NCBI RefSeq assembly: GCF_964355755.1
Contig: NC_092678.1
Span: 8,944,422 to 9,008,421 of the forward strand
Direction: 5' to 3'
From: Antedon mediterranea
Lineage: Eukaryota > Animalia > Echinodermata
DNA length: 64,000 nucleotides
The notes under the pieces are model-generated. The model searched no databases. It worked only from the letters and a program-made list of their open reading frames with translations, and was not told the DNA's origin. This document shows, in pieces, positions 24,301-36,300 of the stretch. The position numbers and the translations under genes were made by a program. The first letter of the stretch is position 1, and the number at the start of each line of letters is the position of its first letter.

Positions 24301-27300
24301 CGGTTGAACAAATTTCAACAACCTAGTTTTAAGATTAAATAGTTTTTTGTTAGTCAATTTTTATAATTGCTAGTATAGTTCAAAATAGCACAACCAGATC
24401 AGTTCACTAGTTGTAATGATTAAACTTAATGCAAATGGTCAGGAAGATCATTCGCAGTCACAGCCTTAAGTGAGCAAAATCGAGCAATTTCATATAATTC
24501 TATATTTTGTACCTGTGTTTGAGTCATTGGTATTTTGCATGTTGTGTAATAGCAACGGTTAAATGTATGTTTGTATATGTTCAAATATTGCTCCTTTTTG
24601 GAGGTGAGCGGGGAAGAGGAATAACGCCTAAAGTGTTAAACAAAAAATAAAATGTCTAACAATATATTAATTAAGGATGTATTGTTCCCCGAAAACATGA
24701 AAAATGAAGATTTAAATAATCAGATTTTGGATAGAAGACAAGCGATCGGCATAACATTGCCGACAGACAATTGGCCGACTGGATAATTCTCCCAAAATCG
24801 TCTTACACTTATTATAAAATACAAGTTTTTAACCGACATTATGAAAAGTGACCTGCATTACAGCATTGCTATAAGAACGTGTTACTATTATTGTAATTTT
24901 AACATTCTATGGACAACAAAATTTTCACTGCAATTTTTTAGTCCTGTATCTAAGATTCATTCAATGTCATTGTAGCTGTAATGTTTAATCTCTCTATTTA
25001 TACTAGTTTTAGTTACGGAATATCTGTAAAAAAATTATTAACAAAGGTTTTTTGCAGATTCATACTCTATCAAATACCAATATACACCAAAAAATTCCTC
25101 CAGACATCAGATAGAGAAAGTGGTTAAATTTGACATTTGACCTTACAAGGCATATGACACTGCAACTCGGTAACCATTGGTCCGAGAGACTTAGTTTTGG
25201 CACCAAAATGTTCCTTATATACATATTTATATTTACTATAACAAAGTATTTTTTTTTTTAATTCATTAGAAATGGTGGAAAATGACCTTTGACCTTTTAA
25301 GCATACAACAGGTGTATCTCAGTGATCCTTGATCCTAGAGACTTACTTTTGTCACCAAAATGTTCCTTATATACATATTTATATTTCCTATAATTAAGTA
25401 TTTTTTCAAAAATTCATGAGAAATGGTGGAAAATGACCTTTAATTAACCTTTTAAGGCATATAACACATGTATATCGGCGGTCCTTGGTCCTAGAGACTT
25501 ACTTTTGGCATCAAAATGTTTCTTATATACATATTTATACAGTATTTCTTGTAATAAAGTATTTTATAAAAAATGAATTAGAAATGGTGGAAAATCATGC
25601 TCTTATATGGTCATGAAGCTGTATTCTGAAGACCATTGGTTGTAGTAGAGATTCTAATTGGCATATTCATATATATTAAGTAATAAAGTATTCTTTATCT
25701 CCTATATCATATATTGCATTCTTGTATAATAAATTAAAATTCAAAATAAACATTTATTTCTTTCAATTGCAGAATAGAAACATAATAAAGAACAACAATG
25801 AAACGTAATAATAAGATTTAAAAAAATAAAATGTAACATACAAATCATAACTTTCATCAGAGAATCATTAAAAGAATGTCAAAATTTCAATTCTGTGTAA
25901 TAAAAAATAGAAAGCAAAAGAAGGTGGCAAAGTCCAAAGGGAGAGTCTGAGTGGGAGGAGTCATATATTAACAAAGGTTTGAAACAAAACGTGATTACAC
26001 ACACAAAACAAACACACACCCATAATGTATCCCTATCCCAAAAAGTTAATTATGTCTTCTAACCTCACATATTTTGTTCTTGTATAATCATGTATCCCTC
26101 TCCGAAAAACTTAATGTCTCCTCCTAATCTCATATGTTACATATATGGGATGCTTATGGGATCGGATCTTTTCTGTTCTCTATGGGCCATACCGGCTCTG
26201 TATTGGAAATGGGAAAAATATTTGGTCCCATGTCTGACCCATAACAGGAAAAACTTAACTTAACCTATATGGATTTGCCTGAATGAACCCTCTAAGGACC
26301 CTTTTGGGATCTCTATGTGGTGCGCTACATAAGGCCCTGTATTACTATTAATAATTAATATGGGGTAAAGAGTTCATAGATTGGACCATATAATTATAAT
26401 AAAACTAAATGTGCACCCTTGATCTTGATTATAGATTTTCCCAAATGAACCCCAGGCCGATCTTCCATGAACCCTTCTGGGTTCTCCATGTGGGGCTACA
26501 AGAGGCCCTATATTGGAAATACTGTATGTAGGATGAAAATGTGGGTTCATATAGATATGTCCATGAAATAAATCTGCCTGTGCACCCTCGATCCTTAAGG
26601 AACATTTATTGATTTACCCAAATTAAACCCACGGTCCTCCATGGATCTCTTCAGGGTTCAATATTCGTTCCAATTCTCAGAATCGTCTCCTGCTAAAGTG
26701 AAGACCATCTCATATGGTCACCATGCATTATCTTATGCAGCTCCTATGATTTGGAATTCTCTTCCAAACTGCATTAAAGATGCACAGTCGGTGGCTTTTT
26801 TTAAGAGGCTTCTTAAGACATATTTTTTAAGATATATTGTTTAATAAAGCATATTAATCCCATTTTTTATCCTTTTCCATGCCACCTAGGTTGTTTTAGA
26901 TCTAGTTTAAGTAGGCTAGGAGGCACTTGAGTCCGGGATGACCGAGCCACAACTGGTGCTGACTGAGGTTTGGTTTTTTTTTTTGGCTTTTTTAACACTG
27001 TATTATGTTGTCCAATAACTTCTGACCATTCTGGTTCACTATTGCTATCAATTTTTCTGATTTTCTGATGGGTGATTCAGTAACTTTTTCCAAAATATGT
27101 TGCATTATGCCAAGTATAAACATATGAATTGTGAACAATTTGACACCAAAATTGGCTCCATACGACAAATATTTATAAATTTATATTATTAAAATAATAG
27201 AAATTAGAATAAATAAACTTATAAATTTTTGTCAAAGGTCAATAACCACACTTCCGGTCATTTTCAAGCAAGATCTTCTGTTAAACTCAATATAAATATA

Positions 27301-30300
27301 TATCTTGGGAACAATTTGCTCCTAGTTTTAATTCCCTCCGACCTGCCGTTACTTAGATATGGCAAAAAGAGGTCAAAGGTCAATAACCACACTTCCGGTC
27401 ATTTTCAAGCAAGATCTTCTGTTAAACTAAATATAAATATATATCTTGGGAACAATTTGCTCCTAGTTTTATTTCTCTCCGACCTGCCGTTACTTTTAGA
27501 TATGGCGAAAAGAGGTCAAAGGTCAAAATTGCTGAAAATGGGGTTTCCGGTAAATTTTACAAAAAAAATTTCTATTATAACTAATATTAACATATACATT
27601 GTAAACAATTTGACACCAAAATTAATTCAATAAAATATAGCATGTTTGTATGCAAATAGTGGCCATTTTGTTTACATGATAAACAGTGAGTGTTGACAAA
27701 GTGCGAGGCAGCAAGGCACGCGAGGCAAGCGAGGCATGCCAAATATTTGTGCGAGGCATCATTTTATCATTTCCAAAAGTGCGAGGCATGCGAGGCATAT
27801 AGTTTACAATTTCAAAAAGGTGCGAGGCATATCTTAACGTGCTATTATGCTATATTATAGGCCTAATAATCAATCGATACAAGCGTATCTAAATAGATTC
27901 GTGTATACACTCATCATGTTGTTTATTTTTATGTAACGATTGTTTTTTCATTCAAGTCATATCGTGTCAAATTTTACTTTTACAAAAGTGCCCAAACTAC
28001 GTTTCAAAAATCTGAACGACAGTCTTCAACTTTCGATAAACAATAATTGTTATAGCGACACACTCATCAAATGACTGCAATGTTTGTTGGCATTTCGAGC
28101 GTGTTCACTCACATGTCTCTCGAACATAGCAGAGTGAAAATAATATTTTGTCACACCCCTGCGCCTAGATCCGGTAGACCCGAGAGATGGAAAATCCCTC
28201 TGTACTATTTAGCAGGTAGCGGAATGATTCAGCCCTCAGCTCAGAGGATTGTGGTGCATTCCCCTCCTATAGCACGTGGTTTCAGCAGCAACGCACAGAC
28301 TTCTCTCTGAGCGGCGTGCCAAAGACATTTTTGACATTCCATTCTCTAGGAACAACACGTGTACCTCTCTCGCAAATAAGGTGAACAGCGATTGCCAGGA
28401 CAAGTTCAATAACTGGCGGTGAATAAAAGGTAACTGATATGGCGATCCAATAACATGCCGCAAAGAAAAAAATTGCGACAGAATTCTGGAGCGCGTGTGA
28501 AAAAAGACTTACGTCCGACAATTGTAATACTAGGCCTAAAATTAAACTTTAGCTAATATGCTTAGCCCTAACCTAGATAAGAGGCCTATGTAGAAAATAA
28601 TTTAATCAATTTTGATATAATAATAATTGGTGTAATATTTAATAATGATACACTATTCCTGTTTTAGTAAGCTAGGTATATTACGAACGATTTTTATTTA
28701 TTGTTGTTCATGTCGTACACACTAATAAACCTGGCGCTAGTTTCCTTCGCTTGTATTTTTACTCCAAATTTGATAACTAACTTTATCGTGTGAATACCAC
28801 ACCTTAGAAGTATACCTCATGAGTACTTTAATGAAAGAATCACATAAAAAGTAACAAATAAATCCTTAAATTAATGATTTTACAGGCGTATTTCTCGCAC
28901 ACTGTTCGCGAATTTCACTTATTCAATGTTCAATATTTTTGTTTCTATGGAGCGCCAAAAGAGCAACGATAATAGAGGACTAAAACTCAGTGGAATGCGT
29001 CAATTTCTCATGCATTTATTGGTGAAAAACACGTTTTATTTCAATATATTTGTTAATTTGTCAATAAAAATGCTGTAATATGTTACTGCTGATACTGTTC
29101 TGTTTTCAAAGAATAATAATCGATCCTAAATCAACATCACTACCTAGTCTAGACCTAGGACATCCTACTAAGGATATTATGATGAATTTTTCTATTTTAT
29201 TCTTTAAAAGGTTACCGAAACCGTGTACATTATCAACAGTACACCGGTGAACAGTAACATTTTTCCTTACTGACAGTGACAAAATCTATTGAAATTGTAC
29301 TTGATTTTCACCAAATAATGCGTTAAATATAAATGGATTCCACAGAGTTTTTAGCCCTCTAATTAATTTTGCTCTTTTGGCGTTCCATAGAAACCAAAAT
29401 ATTGAACATTGAGTGTGCGAAATGCGAGAAAAACAACGTCTGTAAAATCACCAATTTAATGGATTTATTGTTACTTTTATGTGATTTTTCTTCATTAAAG
29501 TAGGCCTACTAATTCTAAGCTGTGGTATTCAGGATAAAGTTGGTTAAAATACAAGGCAGGTGCAAAAGGAAACTAGCCTAGCGGGCCTAGGCCTAGGCTA
29601 CTTCAATTTTGATGATTTCCTGCCTTGCAATTTTGAGAAATGATAAAATGATGCCTCGCATTTTTTGATGATGGTAAAATGATGCCTCGCATACATTTCT
29701 GACTTGCCTCGCATGCCTTCCCTGCCTCGCATGCCTCGCTGCCTCGCACTTTGTTACTACCCATAAACAGTACAGAGTACATGATAAACATGATATTTCT
29801 CAGTTTTAGTCTCAATAACTTCAATCTACACCTATGTCCACAATCAACTATCAAATGATTCAAATTTTTTTACACATGATCATTATATTGGAAAGATATT
29901 TTTAGAGAAGTTTCGATACCATTGCGTGCTACCTGTACCTTTTTTTTTTTTTGGTGTAAAAAATATAATTTTGTTGTTTTTTTGGAAAAAATGCTTATAA
30001 ATTAGTATTAATTGACCAAAATTCATACTATAACCCAATATACACCTGCATAACTATATATCAAAATAAAGATAATTTAATAAGCTATCATTTGGTACTA
30101 AATAAAACGGGGTACATTTAAAATTCACAACGTTATTAAAACAATAACAGGCGTATCTCTAATTTGACACCAAATGACCTTTGACCTCAAAATTACCCCC
30201 TTTCCCCAGCTCAAAATTCATGGAGGAATTTTTTGGAATGACTTGGGATGCATTAGAACATGAATCCACTGAAAAACCTTTGTTAATAATTATTTCACAG

Positions 30301-33300
30301 ATTTGTATTTTTTTTACCTAAAATTCCCTAACTATTTGGTATGGAGTATGAATTATGTTACCTTATTTTTTGATTTCATCTTTTTCCTGTGGACTGTAGA
30401 CAGTATTCCATCAATCAAAGATTGACTCATATCATCACCATCTATGCTCACATTTCTAACAAAGTAAACAAAATGCAATCATTTAACAAATGTACTGATG
30501 GATACAGCATCAAGTATTGCACCACCGAAGAAACCAAATGAGTTGAGGACAAGGAAATAGAGAAATTAGAAAATAATAATAAAGATTTCATACAATAACA
30601 ATTCTAAATGGTCAGCTAATTACCTCAGCTCACCTCAGGTTATGTGCGGTATAAAATTTCGCAAAGATTTCGTTGCGCAATTTGAGAAGCAAATCTTCAC
30701 AATTCAAGATTATTTCAGCCTGTATTATTAGTTATCCGCTTGGTAGAGCAGATAACTCCTTGTTATTGTATGAGATCAATATTTTTTTTTTGTATTATAC
30801 TTCTTTCCATCCTTCCTTTTTGTGGATCGCGTTTCTCTAAAATGTGTAAACATAACATTTCATAACTTTGACAACATATGGGCATTTACGTGAAGTTGTG
30901 CACCTCCTATTTTTGAATGACGTCATAGTTGCGCAACGGAACTTACGCGCAATTTTATGAATTTCAATGATTGATCATAGATTAAAAACCAAAAGTCATT
31001 TAGTATTGACACTTTGACAAAATTTAAGTCATATCAGGGGAAAACTTTCTACGGATTAAAAATGGCATGTTTCACAAGAAGTTACGCGCGCACGCGCATT
31101 TAAAATTTCAAAATGCGCAAAATTAACTTCTAATCAACTTTTTATGCGTTTCTTGTCATTTTGAGCTTGTCAAAAATTCCCATATTTTTTTCTCTTGAAT
31201 TATATTTTTCAAGCCTTTCCTAGTAATTTTAAAAACAATTTAGACCTTTTCCAGTTTAAATAACGCCACACGAACACGTTGAATTAGACAATTTGTGCGC
31301 GTTTTTTATAAAAAAGCTTTAAAAATCGTCAAAATAATGTCTTTCTTTAAACAGTCATAATTTCTAAAGTAAACCGTGAACCGTTTATTTTTATTACAAA
31401 ATCTAGAAGTTGATGAGTTGTAGATATGGGATCATCCATCGATAAGGCTAAAAAAAACATTTTGACGTCATCGTATGGCCACACAAATGTAAAATATAGG
31501 ATTTTTGTCTCTTTCGTTATTGCTCATCACATTCAATGCAGCGCATCACGCTTAACAGTATTCCTTTTTCTCCTACATTTATATATTGTCTAGGTCAATC
31601 AACTTTCTTTAGCATGAGATAAAAATATTTTAATTTTTATGACGTCATCATGCCTAAAAATGTTAATTACGTGGGTCATTAATTTCATCTTTACAGTAAA
31701 TTTTAATCTGTAATAGCTCGTAAGAATAAAATGTGATAATCACGATTAAAACGTTTTCTGGAAGCTATTGGATTGTAGATACGAATTCATGTAAACATTT
31801 TGCCAATCGGATGTTGTGACGTCATCATAATGGCCAGTTGAATAAAAAAAGTTGTATTTTCATATTTTGCGTAATAGTTCATCACATTTAAAAGGGTGCG
31901 CATCTATATTTTACGTATTCAAATTTCTTCTACACGTTAATGTGTTGTTCCTGAGATAATTTCCTTCTGAAATGGCTATCTAAGTGTTTCATTTTGATAC
32001 CGTCGCCATGTTAAAAATTGGAATAAATGGCGGGTCCCGTAATTTCACCTATTCTACACTGTATGTAATATGTATACAGATTATACTGTTTGCATGTATA
32101 TACTATATATCACACAAAACTGACAGAATTCAGCACTAACAGCATATCATATTCTTCAGTTCTTGTCATAATGCCATAATCTTCATCTGTGTGCAATATT
32201 CCAACGTATGACGTGCACGTGGCGTTTGTCGTGGTGCGGATAACTAACTCGTCAAAGTGACGAGTTTCATGTCTAGTTACAATTAAATACACAAGTGGCT
32301 ATTATATTGAAATATGTATATTTAGAATTAGATTATTACATCAATTTTAACTAAACTGATTTTGGTTGAAGAAAATGATTTGCACATTTGTAAAATATCT
32401 GTTGAACATTTAACGTGAAAACTGTTTTATTTTTTATTTTTATAGATTTGAGGGTTCTATTTTTGCACAAATGTGGTTGAGAGGAAGCATAAGAGAAGAT
32501 GGAGAGATGAAATAACCAAATACACAAACGCGGCAACCTAGACGAGAATGGCATATGATAGAAGAAAATGGAAATTGCTAGGCGAGGGCTATACCCAACA
32601 TGGATGAACACAGCCTGATGATGACAAACAAACCTTTTGACTTTAAACAAAATGCAATCTCAAATTAGGGATACTTTACTACTTTGTTTTAAACTTTAAT
32701 TAAATTGCACTATTATCATACCTGTTCATATGTAAGCTATGGAGAACACATTTAACAAGTTCATCCTCTTTAGATGTAGCATTGGCCCACCAGTCTGTAC
32801 GGTTGATACCACAAATAACTTGTATGGTTAAATCATTTCTTCCTTTGCGTTTTACAATCATGTTAGGCCTTGATTGACACAAGGTCTTTATAAAACTCTT
32901 CTGGCCTTCTACATCATTGCTACTAGAGTCTTCATTAATACTGCGGTTTTGAGGCTTCTTTATTCTATGTACATTGTTATAGAAATGTAGTATATTCTCT
33001 TCACTGGAGTCAAAATCTCTGTCGGTCAAGGTATCTCTTTTTAACTTTTTATCCTTTTTCTCAGAAAAATAAGATGGTGCAATGAGCTTTCTTTTAGAGA
33101 GCAAATCTGTTTTGTGAGTTGTCACAGAATGTATATGTGTTTCAGATGATTGACAATGGAGGGTTTGAAACATTTTTCCACTTGACTCATCCGACCACTT
33201 CATATGTGATTCTTCAGATGAATGTTCATGTTTAATTGGTAGTTCATATGATTGTCTAACTAGTTCTTTAGTTGATTGCTTCTCGTTCTTGGATGATGGT

Positions 33301-36300
33301 TGAACATCTACCTCAAACATCATTTTGTTTTGTTTCTCATACAAATGATGTCCTTCAGATAACTGTCTGATTTGATCTGAACATAATCTATTTTCCTCGT
33401 TACATGATTGATAGCTGTTTACACAAGACCATGGTTTAATAGGTTCAGATAAATGTGTAGTGTTCACCTCTGATGCCTGCCTGATTGGATCTAGAGATGA
33501 TATACTTCCCTCCTTAAATGATTTCTGACTTTCCTCCTTAGACAATAGTTTATTTTGTTCGTCAGATAAATGTTGAATGTGTACACTAGATGATTTCAGA
33601 TCTGAACATAATGTAGTTTTTTCATTTCTTGATCGTTGATTTTTAATTTCAAACAATTGTTTGCTTTGTTCCTCAGATAAATCTTGACTGGGTGCATCAG
33701 ATGATTGCTTTAATAGATCTACACAAAATCCATTTTCATTCTTACATGTACTTGGTCTTTCTACCTCAGGTTCTTGTTCTTTAGCTACAAGTATACTGTG
33801 TACAATTGACGATTGTCGGAAATTACCTGTTTTAAGTGATCTACTTGCATCCTTTGATGATTGTTCAGTTTGTACTTCTTCAGCAGAATGAGTAACTGTA
33901 TTCTCAAATGAATTACACATAGATGGTAGTTCAATGCTTTGCTTATCAATTTCATGTGTATGTTTACTATTGTATGTTTCATCAATATTGTTCTGCAATT
34001 CTTTATACTTGAAGACGGATTGATCTGTACAGTTTGTTTCTGTATCCTTCTTTTGTCCATCAGAGACTTGCCAACTTATATTACTAGTGATTCCTTCAAA
34101 TTTTGAATCTGCAGTCTGGTCTTCAGAATTTGTGATTTGTTCATTTTCATGTTGAATTTTCTGGGGAATTGTGGATTTCAATAACTCCTTTTCTGTTACT
34201 GACTCATTGACTTTTGACCTTTCAACATGTTTCTCAAGGTATTGACTATCTTCAATAGTATTTGAGATGTCCTCATTCTTGATAGCTATGGTTTTGGAAA
34301 TTTGAGTTTCTTTATTTTCTTCAATTTCTACCTTTGTGATGTTTGAATTATTTGCAGATTTACTGTTTGCATCGAAGCAAAGGTATTTTGAATCGGCTTC
34401 AGCTTTTTTTGAGTTGTTCCTCCTCTTAGACTTGGACAATCCTACACCAGCATTCAGTAAACCTTTAATGAAAGAATATAGGCAACATTACAAACTATAG
34501 TTTCTGTAATACTGTTTACTGTATGTGTATATTTTTCTGTACAATTCTAACCTTTTAGTTTTGATGATAAAATAGTAATTCAATGTATTTTTGCAATGAG
34601 TAAAAATGAAGCCAGAATTTTAAAGAATATATGTTTTATTTATTTTTCCTTAGTCCAAGTCCTCAAAAGTACTTACATTTATGTTTTCCTCTATTAGAGT
34701 TTTTAGTCTTCAATTTTCCATGTTTTGATTTTTGCTTGGATTTTATTGTGTAGGAATTTAAAAACTCTTTCATTTTGTCTACCTCACTAAGTTTATGACT
34801 TGAATGTTTTAAGGCAGTATTCAAGTATGCTTTCATATCTGAGGCTGCAGAAATAGTCTGACAAACTTCAAATGAACTTTTTTCTGAATCATCTTCAGAC
34901 ATCATTTTTACATTTTTTACTTTGTTCTCCTTGGATTTGCAAAATGATTTCACCTGCAAAGTTTCTTTAGAATAAATTTGCTTAGAAAGTTTCTTTAAAT
35001 CATTTTCTGGTAAGTGCCTTCTTCTTTTACCTTTTATAGTGTTTTTGGAAATGTGTGGTTTATTATCTTTAGATTTACATGCACTAGGATTATTCTTACA
35101 TTTTGATTTGCCTTTCACATTATTTCTTACATGCTGAAACTTGCACCTTTTGTTTAAAGGTTCTTGACCACTGGTTGAAATGTGGATTTGTTTCTTTTCA
35201 TTTTCTATTTCTGGAATAACTGTTCTCTTATCTTTCCCTTCATTTAGTTTTGTAAGAGGATACGAAACAACAAGGTTTGGTAGGCAAATACTGTGTTCTG
35301 TAATGTTTAGATCTGGAACACTTGCAGGAGTGAGTTGCATATACTCAGGACCAAAATTGTGGTTTGGCATTTCAGTTGTGTTTACTGGAACAGTTGAAAG
35401 AGTATCCTTATCTAATGAAAAACATGTAACATCTGATTTTGTTTGACAGGCAAATGACTGTCTAGCACTCTGTGATTTGCTAGGTTTCTGTGAACAATCA
35501 TTTAATGTTTCTGACACCTCAGAATCTGATAGAAACTCATAGTCCATGCCAACTGATGTGTAGTCATCAAAAGTATCGGTTGAATAATGTTGGCCACTTG
35601 AAGCTTTATTTGGTGGTGGGAAGGTAAACCTCTCATAGGTAGTACAAAAAGAGTCACCATAACTGACATCAGAATTATTTACAACAGTTGATATAGAATT
35701 ATCTCTCGAACCAATATCAATACCGCAAGTACCATATGGACCATTAAGCTGACTAGGATCAAGTCTATAAGTTTGTGAATGACTGCCTGCAGGTCTGCAA
35801 TGTAAAGCATTTACTGTTACATCCATGGATTTGGCTTTTTCTGTTATATCTGTAATTTCTTTTAATTTTGTAAAGACATTGTCAGGAAGCTTCACTTTAT
35901 CTAGTGCAAATGTGTTGGATGCATTTATTGCTAAAAATCCAATATTCTCAATAGTTGGCTCTGGGCTTGCTGGTGAAAGGAATTCATCCTGTTGTGGATG
36001 TGTAGGTGTGGTGATATAATCTCTACTTGACATCATTTCTTCCTTCTTCATTTGATGTGCAATGTGTATACTTGGTGTGCTTGAATGAAATACAGGCTTG
36101 CCATTCTATGAATTTAGAAAAGTAAAAGAAAAAATAAAATTGATTTTCAAAATCTTTAGTATTCTGTGCCTCCTTCTAGATAAAATATATAAGATATATA
36201 AATATGTATATGCAGAGACAAAAGAAATATTAAAAATAGTGGAGACATTAAAAAAAATGTTGTTCTTTCACATTTTGTAAATGTGTTACTGTTAAAGAAA

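Larger units (their letters stand above)
25010..30334. mobile_element. 5.3-kb Academ-like non-autonomous element with nested insertions
   Basis: Termini TAGTTACGGAAT / ATTCCCTAACTA with extended inverted similarity (attattaacaaaggttttt, aaaaaattcctcca) and a 3-bp TSD ttt. Confidence 0.7.

Noticed and set aside
32351-32650. 99-aa ORF or extra exon after exon 15
   Set aside because: Acceptor at 32641 is out of phase with that ORF and gives a stop after about 17 codons; exon 15 joins 30455 cleanly. A short terminal isoform cannot be excluded
14118-36051. Treating the 1402-, 388-, 579- and 462-aa ORFs as separate intronless genes
   Set aside because: Most lack a true ATG start, and each is bounded by splice sites whose phases chain to the DUF3715/SPOC exons
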